Positions 1-9,672 are shown, counted from the first letter of the stretch. The stretch: DNA of 64,000 nucleotides from Candidatus Cloacimonadota bacterium (GCA_963676615.1 OY781092.1:1440001-1504000); one strand, 5' to 3'. A program made the numbers and translations. Notes: generated from the sequence alone by a model not told the origin.

Positions 1-1
1 G

Positions 2-112
2 AAAGTTGGAGACGAAATCCTTTACTCAAAATACGGCGGAACCGAGGTGAAACTCGACGGAAAAGAGTTTATGATCTTGTCGCAAGACGACATCTTGGCA
101 GTTGTGGAATAA
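2..112 (+). CDS. groES: Co-chaperonin GroES, 3' end (partial at window edge)
   Basis: Manual translation of frame 2 gives [36 protein letters not shown], the GroES C-terminus. Confidence 0.95.
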   Translation, partial: KVGDEILYSKYGGTEVKLDGKEFMILSQDDILAVVE

Positions 113-124
113 GAAAATTTTGTA

Positions 125-166
125 AAAAAATGCTTCCCACTTATAGATTAACGGGAAGCATTTTTT
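125..166. terminator. Bidirectional intrinsic terminator between groES and sdaA
   Basis: A6-TGCTTCCC-N14-GGGAAGCA-T6 between convergent genes. Confidence 0.85.
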
Positions 167-174
167 GTTTCTAA

Positions 175-1374
175 CTAATCTTTAGCAAGTCCACCTAAAG
201 AGGTTTCTTTGTAAATATTTGGCAAGTCGTGTCCCGTTTCGAGCATCACTCGCACCACCTTATCAAATCCTACAAAATGATTGCCGTCAGACAAAGACGC
301 ATATGCGCTACAACTCAAAGCCCTAGCAGCCGCCAAAGCGTTGCGTTCTATGCAAGGAACTTGCACCAAACCTCGCACGGGATCACAAGTGAGGCCCAAA
401 AAATGTTCCAAGCCCATTGTTGCGGCATATTCTATCTGATAAGGGGAACCTCCAAAAAGCTGACAAGCAGCCGCAGCCGCCATTGAACAAGCCACACCAA
501 CTTCTCCTTGACATCCAACATCAGCCCCTGCTACAGAAGCGTTTTTCTTAACCAAAGCGGCTATCAATCCAGCCGTTGCCAAAGCTTTCACTATTCTAAC
601 AGTCTCAAAGTCATACTTTTCCTGCAAACTATACAAAACAGCAGGCAAAACCCCCGCAGAGCCACAGGTAGGAGCAGTCACAACTATTCCTCCACCCGCG
701 TTTTCTTCTGCCACTGCCAAAGCGTTAGCAAAAACTAGCCCATGCCTTTGCATTGAAAAAGCGTTGCCGTTCGATTTAATCTTATACGAACAAGCCTTTC
801 TTTGGATATTCAAACCTCCCTGCAAAGTTCCCTCGGTCACAAGACCTTTTCGCACAGAAGCTTGCATAGCGTCCCAAACTTCTCCTAAATAAGCGGGCAA
901 ATCGTCGTCTTCGTGTGCATAAACAAATTCCCAAAAACTATTAAACTCTCTTGCTTTAACCAAACCTAAAATGTCTTCCATCTTGTTCAAAGAGTAGCAA
1001 GATTTCTTCTCCACAACCTCGCCTTTATCCTCATCATAAACCACATCTCCGCCGCCAATGCTGTAGCAAAGAGACTGTTCAATCTCTTTACCTTGCGCAT
1101 CAAGAGCAACAAATTTCATTCCGTTGGGATGATATGGCAGAAATTCTTGCGCTTTCCACTCTATTTCAACATTGGAAGAGTTTAGACCTTGACAAATCGC
1201 ATGATCGGTCAAATGCCCTTTGCCGGTTGCAGCCAAAGACCCATACAAAGTAACTTTGTAAGAATGAGCTCCTTTAGTCTTAGCGGCGAACTCTTGAGCG
1301 GCAAACCTTGGACCCATAGTATGACTACTGGATGGCCCCATTCCTATCTTGTAGATATTTCTAATCGATTTCAT
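175..1374 (-). CDS. sdaA: L-serine dehydratase, Fe-S dependent, single chain
   Basis: IGMGPSSSHTMGP, GSLAATGKGH, TAPTCG, GCQGEVG, GLTCDP, VPCIERN motifs. Confidence 0.95.
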   Translation of the reverse strand: MKSIRNIYKIGMGPSSSHTMGPRFAAQEFAAKTKGAHSYKVTLYGSLAATGKGHLTDHAICQGLNSSNVEIEWKAQEFLPYHPNGMKFVALDAQGKEIEQSLCYSIGGGDVVYDEDKGEVVEKKSCYSLNKMEDILGLVKAREFNSFWEFVYAHEDDDLPAYLGEVWDAMQASVRKGLVTEGTLQGGLNIQRKACSYKIKSNGNAFSMQRHGLVFANALAVAEENAGGGIVVTAPTCGSAGVLPAVLYSLQEKYDFETVRIVKALATAGLIAALVKKNASVAGADVGCQGEVGVACSMAAAAACQLFGGSPYQIEYAATMGLEHFLGLTCDPVRGLVQVPCIERNALAAARALSCSAYASLSDGNHFVGFDKVVRVMLETGHDLPNIYKETSLGGLAKD

Positions 1375-1378
1375 AATT

Positions 1379-3415
1379 TCACCTTATTTCACTCCCTTTA
1401 GTAATTTTTTTGTCAGGATACAGCACCGACAAATCCCCATTTGCACTTTCTGCTGCCAAAATCATTCCTTGCGACTCTAGCCCCATAATTTTTTTGGTCG
1501 GCAAATTCGCCAAAACAACCACCGATTTTCCCACAAGCTGCTCGGGAGCATAAAACTCCGAAATTCCCGACAAAATCTGCCGTTTTTCTCTGCCCAAATC
1601 TATCTCAAAACGCAAAAGTTTCTTCGATTTCGGCACAGGCTGGCAACTCAGCACTTTTCCCACACGCAAATCGATTTTGGCAAAATCTTCAAAAGAGATC
1701 GCCTTTTTGAACTCAGCCACTTCCACAACATTTTCGTCGGCAACCTGACCGCTTTTCATTAGCTTTTCCACCTGCTCTTGAATTTTTTCGTCCTCAATCC
1801 TCGGAAAAAGCGGCTCAATCTCACCAAATTTGTAACTTTTTTCTGCTTTTGCAACATCTTGCCAGACAAAATCGGCACTAACGCTCATCATTTTGCGCAA
1901 CCTCACGCAAGCTTTGGGCAAAATCGGCGCAAAAACGACGCTAAAAATCCGCAGCAACTCGCTGCACACATACAAAGATTGCTCGGCGGCAGCTTTGTCG
2001 GTCTTTATCACCTTCCACGGAGCGCTCTCGTCGAAAAATTTGTTGCCCAGGCGCGCGATATTCATTCCAAGCTCTGCGTTTTTTCGCAACTGATAACCGT
2101 AATAGCCGCTCTCCATCTGGCTGGCTATCGCAAGCGCCTCATCCAAAACGCTCTGAGCGTCGCTACTCAAAGCCGCAGGTCTGGCGATTTCGCCCGCAAA
2201 ATTTTTCTTGGCAAAACTGAAAACTCTGTTCGCCAAGTTTCCCAAAATATTCGCTAGCTCCCCGTTAACTTTCGCCTGAAAATCTTTCCAAACAAAGTCG
2301 GAATCTTTGTGCTCTGGCGCAATTCTGGCGATGTAGTATCGCAAAAGTTCGCCATCGAACTCCGCCAAAAAATCTCGGACCCAAATCGCCCAATTTTTGC
2401 TGGTGGAGAGTTTGTTTCCTTCCAAATTCAAAAATTCGTTGGCTGGAATATCGTGCGGCAAAATATAGTCCGCCTCTTGCCCCATCAGCATCGCTGGCCA
2501 AAAAATCGCGTGAAAAATGTTGTTGTCTTTGCCGATGAAATGAATCAGCTTCGTGTCGGGATTTTTCCAATAATCTCGCCAGCCGTCGGGATTGTCGGTC
2601 TTGGCAAAATACTCAATCGAGCTGGAGATGTAGCCTATCGGCGCGTCAAACCACACATAAAGCACTTTGCCCGCGGCGTTCGGAAGCGGCACAGGCACGC
2701 CCCAGTCGATGTCTCTGGTCACCGCTCTTTTTTTCAAACCTTCGTCAACTAAGCCCAAAATGAACCGCAAAATATTCTCTTTCCAATTTTGGCGACTCTC
2801 CAGCCAGTCTCGCAATCTCGGCACAAAAGCGGGCAAATCGAACATCCAATGTTTCGTCGAGCGAACCTCAGGCTCCGCACCGCAAATTTTGCACTTCGGG
2901 CTGATTAACCCCACGGAATCCATCAGCTTTCCGCAAGCATCACACTGGTCGCCTCGTGCTCCGTCGGCGCCGCAATACGGACAAACGCCTTCTACATAGC
3001 GGTCTGCCAAAAATCGCTTGCACGAGCCGCAATAATACTGCTCCGACTCTTGCGTCGAGATGTAGCCTTTTTCCAAAAGTTTGAGGAAAAACTCCTGCGA
3101 GAGCTTGCTGTGTGGCGCTCTGGCTGTCCCCGAAAAATTATCGAACTCGATGCCAAGTCCCGCAAAATCTTCCTCCATCCGCTCGTGATAAAAATCCACC
3201 ACCTGCTTTGGCGTCTTTCCCTGCGCTTCCGCCTTGATAGAGATGGGCGCGCCGTGTTCGTCCGACCCGCAAAAATAAAGGACATCCTCGCCTTTCAGCC
3301 GCAAAAATTTCACAAAAACATCGCCTGGCAAATACGCCCCGGCAATGTGTCCGATGTGCAAATCGCCGTTGGCATAGGGCAGCGCCGAAGTAACCAAAAA
3401 CTTACTTTTTCCCAT
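1379..3415 (-). CDS. metG: Methionine--tRNA ligase with C-terminal tRNA-binding domain
   Basis: ALPYANGDLHIGH, zinc knuckles, YVWFDAPIGY, KLSTS, C-terminal OB fold (DLRVGKV...GLESQGMIL). Confidence 0.97.
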   Translation of the reverse strand: MGKSKFLVTSALPYANGDLHIGHIAGAYLPGDVFVKFLRLKGEDVLYFCGSDEHGAPISIKAEAQGKTPKQVVDFYHERMEEDFAGLGIEFDNFSGTARAPHSKLSQEFFLKLLEKGYISTQESEQYYCGSCKRFLADRYVEGVCPYCGADGARGDQCDACGKLMDSVGLISPKCKICGAEPEVRSTKHWMFDLPAFVPRLRDWLESRQNWKENILRFILGLVDEGLKKRAVTRDIDWGVPVPLPNAAGKVLYVWFDAPIGYISSSIEYFAKTDNPDGWRDYWKNPDTKLIHFIGKDNNIFHAIFWPAMLMGQEADYILPHDIPANEFLNLEGNKLSTSKNWAIWVRDFLAEFDGELLRYYIARIAPEHKDSDFVWKDFQAKVNGELANILGNLANRVFSFAKKNFAGEIARPAALSSDAQSVLDEALAIASQMESGYYGYQLRKNAELGMNIARLGNKFFDESAPWKVIKTDKAAAEQSLYVCSELLRIFSVVFAPILPKACVRLRKMMSVSADFVWQDVAKAEKSYKFGEIEPLFPRIEDEKIQEQVEKLMKSGQVADENVVEVAEFKKAISFEDFAKIDLRVGKVLSCQPVPKSKKLLRFEIDLGREKRQILSGISEFYAPEQLVGKSVVVLANLPTKKIMGLESQGMILAAESANGDLSVLYPDKKITKGSEIR

Positions 3416-3421
3416 CGTCTA

Positions 3422-3484
3422 TTTTCTCCTTAAAAAAACTTTTCCTCATACAAAAAACACGCTCGCCGCTAGTCAACAAATTTT
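3422..3484 (-). repeat. 63-bp direct repeat copy 1 (metG promoter + RBS)
   Basis: Identical to 4634-4696; minus strand reads TTGACT...TAAGGAGAAAA. Confidence 0.95.
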
Positions 3485-3625
3485 TATTCATTCAACTGTT
3501 TAATCTCGTTTACTACTTTATATTCTAAATCTTCAAGCTCGCTAAAGTGAGCTTTTTCGCATTTTATTTATCAAACTCAAAAACCCCTTCTTGCTGATAT
3601 CGCAGGTTAGATTCGAAGGTTAACC

Positions 3626-4630
3626 TTATATTTTTTCTTCCAGTTTTTTAATTTCGATACGCTGTTTTGTCTCCAATAAAATTGAATGAAGTTTTTGCTC
3701 CAATTTCTTTTTTGGCGGCAGATCTGCCCAATATTCTGCTACCATTATACCGTCTTTGTGCATTTCCAAAAGCTCAACCTGCTCCCTGCTTGCCTCGGCA
3801 CAAAGAATTAAACCTATTGGCTGTTTTTCTCCTTCCTGCTTTTCGTAACGGTTTAACCACTTTAGGTAAAGCTCCATTTGCCCTTTGTGGCTTGCTTTAA
3901 ATTCGCCAAGTTTAAGCTCAATAGCTACAAGCCGCTTTAGCTTGCGGTGATAAAACAGTAAGTCCAGATAAAAATCTTTGCCGTCAAGAATTATCCTTTT
4001 TTGGCGTTCGACAAACGAAAAACCTGCGCCAAGCTCCAAAATAAAGGTTTCAAGCTGGCGAAGGATAGCGGATTCTATGTCTTTTTCCAGATAGCCCTCT
4101 TTTAGCTCCAAAAAATCAAGAAAATAGGGGTCTTTAAAAACACCTGTCGCATCGGTTAACTCTAAAGCGTTTTCAAACTGGAAATTTGCAATTTCTGAAC
4201 GCTCAAAAGCTTTGCGCTCAATTTGGTGGCGCAACTCTCGCTTGCTCCATAAAGATTCTATCGCTTTTTGTGCATAAAATTCTCGTGCTTTCGCATCTTT
4301 AATTGGCAAAAGAATCAAAAAATGAGACCAACTCAATTGTCGTGCCAACGGAACGACAATCTCAATATCGGGCAAAATCTCCGCAAACTGCATCATTCTG
4401 CGCAAGTTGCGAAGCTCAAAGCTCTTGCCAAATTTGTCCACCAACTGTGTCGAAACTTTAGCAACCACCTCTTTTCCATATTTTGCCCGTTTATTTTTAA
4501 GAATGTGTTCGTTTATGGTCTTTCCAACCTGCCAATATGTAAGCACAACGGCGCTATTTACCTGAACGGCAACCTGCTTTTTGCCCTGCTCAATTATTTG
4601 AACAAGGTTTGGCAATAACCGATTATCCAA
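3626..4630 (-). CDS. YhcG/DUF1016 family PD-(D/E)XK nuclease-domain protein
   Basis: LTYWQVG, LSWSHF, FKDPYFLDFL, FILELGAGFSFVERQ, DLLFYHRKLKRLVAIELK, PIGLILC; TTG start after AAGGAG. Confidence 0.92.
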   Translation of the reverse strand: MDNRLLPNLVQIIEQGKKQVAVQVNSAVVLTYWQVGKTINEHILKNKRAKYGKEVVAKVSTQLVDKFGKSFELRNLRRMMQFAEILPDIEIVVPLARQLSWSHFLILLPIKDAKAREFYAQKAIESLWSKRELRHQIERKAFERSEIANFQFENALELTDATGVFKDPYFLDFLELKEGYLEKDIESAILRQLETFILELGAGFSFVERQKRIILDGKDFYLDLLFYHRKLKRLVAIELKLGEFKASHKGQMELYLKWLNRYEKQEGEKQPIGLILCAEASREQVELLEMHKDGIMVAEYWADLPPKKKLEQKLHSILLETKQRIEIKKLEEKI

Positions 4631-4633
4631 CTG

Positions 4634-4696
4634 TTTTCTCCTTAAAAAAACTTTTCCTCATACAAAAAACACGCTCGCCGCTAGTCAACAAATTTT
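4634..4696 (-). repeat. 63-bp direct repeat copy 2 (promoter + RBS upstream of the DUF1016 gene)
   Basis: Identical to 3422-3484. Confidence 0.95.
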
Positions 4697-4718
4697 GGTC
4701 AAATCTTGCAAAGCTGGT

Positions 4719-6083
4719 TCATTTCACGGTCATTTTTTTCGCCAAAAGTTTGGGAAGCAAAAAGAGCAAAAAGCTCGCTATCACCGCAAACGAAAAGAGC
4801 TCCGAGAGCGGAATCGAATACCAAAGCCACGGCAATCCATACAGTTCGCCCAAAATCCACATCGCTGGCAGCATCACCACAATCTGGCGGATGAGCGACT
4901 CCACAAACGGCGGATAACCAACGCCAAAGCCCTGAAACGAGATGCTCCCGATGACACTCACACCAACCAGCGGAAAGCCCAAACTGGCTATCCGTAGCAC
5001 CGTTTTGCCGATTTCCAGCAGTTCTCCCTTTGCGCCAAACATCGCCAAAAGTAGCCCAGGAAACGCAAAAAACAGCACAAATCCAACCAAACAAAAACCC
5101 GTTCCCAAAACCAAGCCGTGCCGAATTGTGTTTTTTACTCGTGAAGTTTTTTGATGCCCAAAATTGTAGCCAACTATCGGCATCAGCCCTTGTCCAATGC
5201 CAATCACAGGCAACAAAATAAACAGATGCAGGCGAAAATAGATACCCAAAGCCGCAAGTGCGTCTAGCCCGAAATTGCCGACGATTTTGTTCGCTCCTGC
5301 CATCATCACACTGCCGAAAAGCTCAATCATTGCAATGGGTAGTCCGATTTTGAAAATCTCGAAAATCAGCCGATAGTCGAACGACAAATGAAAGCGCCTG
5401 ATTGCGATTTGATTGTTGCCAAAAAGCAGAACCAGCAGCACAAACAAGCTGGAGGCGATTCTAGCCAAGACCGTCGCCCAAGCCGCTCCGACCACGCCCA
5501 TCGCCCCTATTCCCCATCCGCCAAAAATGAACCAAGGGTCTAGCACAATATTGAGCAAGCCGCCCAAAATCATCGTCACCATCGGCGCCACAGCGTTGCC
5601 CTCTGCGCGCAAAATCCCGCAAAGCACCATCGGCGCATACACCACAATCGAGCCCGCCAGCACTATCCGCAAATAGCTTTCTCCCGCAACCAAAAGTGCA
5701 GGGTCGTCGCTAAAAATCGCTATCAAATCTTTGCTAAAATAAGTTCCCACAAGAGCCGAAAGCACGCCAAAAACAACGATAACGCCCAAAAGGTGCTCCG
5801 CCGCTTGATTGGCTCGGTCGAGTTTTCCCGCTCCTAACAGACGAGAAATCAACGAGTTGCCGCCGACTTCTATCCCCACAGCAAGCGCAATTATCACCAG
5901 CTGCACAGGAAAGCAAATCGTCAGCGCCGACAGAGCCACCGTCGAATAACGCGCCACAAACACACTGTCCACGACGCTATAAAGAGCCTGCACCGACAAA
6001 CCAATCACCGCAGGAATCGACAGCTTGACCAGCAAACTGAACTCTGGCGCAGTCCCCAACCGCTTCGTGCGTTCCTTTTGCAT
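4719..6083 (-). CDS. MATE family efflux transporter (MepA-like)
   Basis: About 12 TM segments; LYSVVDSVFV, LRAEG, NIVLDP, GAAWAT, PIVGYNFG. Confidence 0.93.
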   Translation of the reverse strand: MQKERTKRLGTAPEFSLLVKLSIPAVIGLSVQALYSVVDSVFVARYSTVALSALTICFPVQLVIIALAVGIEVGGNSLISRLLGAGKLDRANQAAEHLLGVIVVFGVLSALVGTYFSKDLIAIFSDDPALLVAGESYLRIVLAGSIVVYAPMVLCGILRAEGNAVAPMVTMILGGLLNIVLDPWFIFGGWGIGAMGVVGAAWATVLARIASSLFVLLVLLFGNNQIAIRRFHLSFDYRLIFEIFKIGLPIAMIELFGSVMMAGANKIVGNFGLDALAALGIYFRLHLFILLPVIGIGQGLMPIVGYNFGHQKTSRVKNTIRHGLVLGTGFCLVGFVLFFAFPGLLLAMFGAKGELLEIGKTVLRIASLGFPLVGVSVIGSISFQGFGVGYPPFVESLIRQIVVMLPAMWILGELYGLPWLWYSIPLSELFSFAVIASFLLFLLPKLLAKKMTVK

Positions 6084-6115
6084 CTCTTCTCCTTACAAAA
6101 AAACAGCCGCTATTT

Positions 6116-7471
6116 TCAGGCGAGCGCCCGCAATTTTTTGGGAACGATCAAAATTAAACAGCACACCATAAAAACGAACGACAAGAATGTCGAAATCGGA
6201 ATCGAATACCAGAGCATCTCCAGCCCGAATTTGTAGCTAAAAAACAGCATCAGCGGAAAAAGCACCAGCACCTGACGAATCAGCGTTGCCGCAAGCGACG
6301 GAAGCCCAAGTCCCATCGCCTGAAACACCATTCCCCCGAGCATCATTATCGCCACGAAAGGCATCCCATAGCTCGCCGCAGAAAACGCTCTAACGCCTAC
6401 TCGCATAAGCGTTTGTCCACCGCCAAACATCTCCAGCAGATAACTTGGGAAAAAATGCAGCCCAAAAAATCCCAGCAAGCAAATAAAAGTGCCCCAAAAA
6501 AACGAAATCTTTACAACTTTGATAATTCTTTTGGGATGTTTGTGTCCAAAATTGTAGCCCACAATCGGCATCAGCCCTTGTCCCAAGCCATACACAGGCA
6601 TCAGGATAAACGCCTGCAATCGATAAAAAATCCCCAAAACCGCCAGCGGCTCGGGTCCATAATAGCCCAAAATCTTGTTCGCTCCTGCCATCGTAATGCT
6701 GCCAAAAAGGTGCATCAGCGCAATCGGCGCGCCCACATAAAAAATGTCACGATAGATTTTCCAGTCGAAGCTAAAATAGCGAAGTTTCAGCGAAAGCTGA
6801 TTTTTGCCGAAAAAGAAAATCCCCAAAATAAACAGCGAGTTGATGATGCGGGAAATGACCGTCGCCAAAGCCGCCCCTTTCACACCCATCTCTGGGAAAA
6901 TCCCAATACCAAAAATCAAAAGCGGATCAAGGGCGATGTTCAAAAAAGCGCCGATAAACATCGTCAGCATTGGGATGAGCGTGTTGCCCTCCGCGCGCAA
7001 AACATTGTTTAGCACCATCGGCAAATAGACGAAAAACGAGCCAAAAAGAACGATGCGCAAATACTCCTGCGAGAGTTGCAAAAGCTGCGTATCGGAGACG
7101 AAAAGCCGCAAAATGAAGCCAGAGCCGAAGCCGCCCAAAATCGTGGTGAGCAAGCCGAAAAAAAATATCAGCGAAAAAGTGTGCAACGCCTGATTGTTCG
7201 CCATTTCGTTCTTTTTTTTGCCCAATGTGCGAGAAATCAGCGACGAGCTGCCAGAACCGATGCCGATGGCGACGACCATCACGATCATCTGAATCGGAAA
7301 ACACAAACTCAGCGCCGACAGCGCCAAATCCGAATAATGCCCCACGAAAATGCCGTCAACGATGTTGTAGGTCGCCTGCACCAGCATCCCCATCATCGCC
7401 GGCACAGACATCTTCATCAGCAGGCTAAACTCGGGCGCCGTCCCTAGGCGAGCGGTTTTTTCACTTTGCAA
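6116..7471 (-). CDS. MATE family efflux transporter (MepA-like), tandem paralog
   Basis: YNIVDGIFV, LRAEG, NIALDP, GAALAT, PIVGYNFG; start placed at TTG 7471 (GGAGAG RBS, aligns with paralog N-terminus). Confidence 0.92.
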   Translation of the reverse strand: MQSEKTARLGTAPEFSLLMKMSVPAMMGMLVQATYNIVDGIFVGHYSDLALSALSLCFPIQMIVMVVAIGIGSGSSSLISRTLGKKKNEMANNQALHTFSLIFFFGLLTTILGGFGSGFILRLFVSDTQLLQLSQEYLRIVLFGSFFVYLPMVLNNVLRAEGNTLIPMLTMFIGAFLNIALDPLLIFGIGIFPEMGVKGAALATVISRIINSLFILGIFFFGKNQLSLKLRYFSFDWKIYRDIFYVGAPIALMHLFGSITMAGANKILGYYGPEPLAVLGIFYRLQAFILMPVYGLGQGLMPIVGYNFGHKHPKRIIKVVKISFFWGTFICLLGFFGLHFFPSYLLEMFGGGQTLMRVGVRAFSAASYGMPFVAIMMLGGMVFQAMGLGLPSLAATLIRQVLVLFPLMLFFSYKFGLEMLWYSIPISTFLSFVFMVCCLILIVPKKLRALA

Positions 7472-7901
7472 GCCGCTCTCCTTTGTCCAAATTGGCGACA
7501 ATCCGCGCCAAAAAATCGAACAACTCCTCCCGCTCTTTTTCGCTAAAGCCCTCTAGCGCCTTGTTTTGCGAAGCTTCCAGCAAGTCGTCCAAAACGACCG
7601 CAAACTTTTTCGCCTTTTCCGTCGGCAAAAGCACGCTTTTTCGCTTATCGCTAGGGTCTTTTTTTTTCTGCAGATAGCCACTCTCACACAATTTGCTCAC
7701 CGCTCGGCTCACAGCCGCCTTGTCTATCAAGCGGTTACGGCAAAGTTCCTTGTGGCACTGCACCTGCTTACTCAACAAATATTTCAACAAAAAAAGCTGT
7801 CCGTGCCAAAGCCCATACGGCTTCAAAATCTCGTCCAAAAACTTCGCCTGCGCCCGATGAGCTCTGCCCAAACATTTGCCTAAATTTTTTTCATTTTCCA
7901 T
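7461..7901 (-). CDS. MarR family transcriptional regulator
   Basis: 146 aa wHTH: IDKAAVSRAVSKL...D..DKR...L.PTEK; directly upstream of MATE pair. Confidence 0.92.
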   Translation of the reverse strand: MENEKNLGKCLGRAHRAQAKFLDEILKPYGLWHGQLFLLKYLLSKQVQCHKELCRNRLIDKAAVSRAVSKLCESGYLQKKKDPSDKRKSVLLPTEKAKKFAVVLDDLLEASQNKALEGFSEKEREELFDFLARIVANLDKGERLAK

Positions 7902-7922
7902 AAGGCAAACTTATTTTTAAAC

Positions 7923-7941
7923 TTGATTGACTTGTCAACAA
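7923..7941. promoter_or_regulatory. Probable MarR operator overlapping the -35 of the marR-MATE-MATE operon
   Basis: Inverted repeat TTGAC-TT-GTCAA (7927-7938); minus-strand TTGACA at 7933-7938. Confidence 0.65.
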
Positions 7942-7961
7942 TGTTTTTTTTAAAAACAATC

Positions 7962-8684
7962 TTAATCGCGCTTATCCTTGATGTGCACGCCTTTGCCTTC
8001 CACATTTTTCAACTTGAAAAGTTCCGAAACTCGCACCAAATCGCTAAGTTTTTTGTAACCATAGTTGATCGGCGAAAACGAAGAGTTGTTGGAAATATAC
8101 TGTCCCACTGTGGCTAAATTCGCCCAGCCGTCGTCGTCACAAATCTGCTCCACCCCCGTCCGCAGCAGCCTCACCAGCTTCGTGTCCGACCTAAGTTGCT
8201 CTCTTGTATGCTTGTTAGGCGATTTGTCCTCCTGCTTTGTCTCCTCGCCGTCCTCGAGATTTTCAGTGTAAATAAACAGCGAGCAAGCGTTCACAAAAGG
8301 CTCGGGTGTTTTTTTTTCGCCAAAACCATAAACTGTGCAACCATCCGACAAAAGCCGCATCACCAAAGGCGTGAAGTCACTATCGCTGGTCATCAGCGCA
8401 AAACCGTCAACCCCTTTGGAATACAAAATATCCATCGCATCGATAATCATCGCCGCGTCCGTCGCATTCTTCCCTCTGGTATAATCGAACTGCTGCACCG
8501 GCATAATCGCCTGCGCGTGCAGCTGCTCTTCCCAGCTTTTCAACCGAGACGACTTCCAGTTGCCATACGCTCGCCGAATGTTCGTCACGCCATATTTCGC
8601 CAGCTCTTTCAGCACTCCATCAATCGATTTCGCACTCGCATTATCACAATCGATAAGCAGCGCTATATTTTTTTTGTTTTGCAT
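7962..8684 (-). CDS. NYN (LabA/DUF88) domain protein with C-terminal OST-HTH/LOTUS domain
   Basis: IALLIDCDN, RRAYGNW, GKNATD, SDSDF, C-terminal GWANLA...NYGYKKLSDL. Confidence 0.9.
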   Translation of the reverse strand: MQNKKNIALLIDCDNASAKSIDGVLKELAKYGVTNIRRAYGNWKSSRLKSWEEQLHAQAIMPVQQFDYTRGKNATDAAMIIDAMDILYSKGVDGFALMTSDSDFTPLVMRLLSDGCTVYGFGEKKTPEPFVNACSLFIYTENLEDGEETKQEDKSPNKHTREQLRSDTKLVRLLRTGVEQICDDDGWANLATVGQYISNNSSFSPINYGYKKLSDLVRVSELFKLKNVEGKGVHIKDKRD

Positions 8685-8705
8685 TTTTTTCTACTCCTTA
8701 AAAAT

Positions 8706-9671
8706 TCAAACTCGTTCTAAAATGTTCAACTCTTCCCCAGCGGCAAACGCCAGCACCGTCTGCACGATGATATTCGGCAAATTTTGCCAGCTCGCCTCTT
8801 GTGTGAGGGATCCGCTGTGCAAGCCAAAAATCACATTCTCCATCTGCAAAAGCGGATGCTTTTCGGGCAACGGCTCCACAACCTCCAAACCAGCGCCAGC
8901 TATCTGCTTTGCGGCAAGCGCCGCAGTCAGCGCCTGCAGATTGACAATTCCAGCTCTTGCCGTGTTGATCAAAAAAGCCGACTTTTTCATCATCGCCAGC
9001 TCATTCTTCCCCAGCAAATCCCGAGTCTTAGGCGTCAGCGGCGTATTTATGGCAACAAAATCGCTCTCCCTCAATAGCTCTTGCAAACCGACAGCCCTCG
9101 CAAAATCTGCCGTTTCGAGGTTTCGACTGTAAACCAGCACCTTCATCCCCAGAGCGTCCGCTTTCTTCGCCAGCGCTTTGCCGATATTGCCAAAACCTAT
9201 CGTCCCCAAAGTTTTTCCCGCAATCTCGCCTCCAAAAAACGGCAACATCGCAGAATCAAAAGGGTCGCAATCTGGCTTTTGCGGATTTTTCCGAAATTTT
9301 TTGTCCAAAACTGGCAACTTCCGAACCAGCGAAAAAATCAGCGCCAAGTTCAACTCCGCCACAGAGTTCGTGGAAAAATCGGGCGTGTTCGCCACCAAAA
9401 CGCCAAACTTCTGCGCCGCCGACAAATCGACCTTGTCGTAGCCCGTCGAGTTAATTACCACCAAATCCAAATGCGCGCACCTTGCAAAAAACTCCTTGTC
9501 CAAACTCAGCTCAAAGCTATCTACCACCGCAATATTCGCTCCCGCAAGGCGCGAAACCGCTTGCTCCAAACTTTTCGTCTGCAAAAAAACCTGCACTTTT
9601 GCAACCGCCCGCAACTGCTCCAAATGCTCTTCCCGCAAAAAAGTCTCGTGCAAAACGACAATTTTGTTCAA
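8706..9671 (-). CDS. D-isomer specific 2-hydroxyacid dehydrogenase
   Basis: GYDKVD, SVAE, GTIGFGNIG, LINTARAG; start placed at TTG 9671 just after the abiF stop. Confidence 0.88.
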   Translation of the reverse strand: MNKIVVLHETFLREEHLEQLRAVAKVQVFLQTKSLEQAVSRLAGANIAVVDSFELSLDKEFFARCAHLDLVVINSTGYDKVDLSAAQKFGVLVANTPDFSTNSVAELNLALIFSLVRKLPVLDKKFRKNPQKPDCDPFDSAMLPFFGGEIAGKTLGTIGFGNIGKALAKKADALGMKVLVYSRNLETADFARAVGLQELLRESDFVAINTPLTPKTRDLLGKNELAMMKKSAFLINTARAGIVNLQALTAALAAKQIAGAGLEVVEPLPEKHPLLQMENVIFGLHSGSLTQEASWQNLPNIIVQTVLAFAAGEELNILERV

Positions 9672-9672
9672 A

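Noticed and set aside
3490..3612. Integron attC-like site after the DUF1016 gene (ATCTAAC...GTTGAAT on the minus strand, 123 bp; gene preceded by GTTGGAT)
   Set aside because: The R boxes fit, but there are no complementary L boxes or extended hairpin and no integrase in the window.
3416..3625. T-box or SAM riboswitch leader for metG
   Set aside because: The promoter and RBS lie within 65 bp of the start; no T-box or S-box motif is seen.
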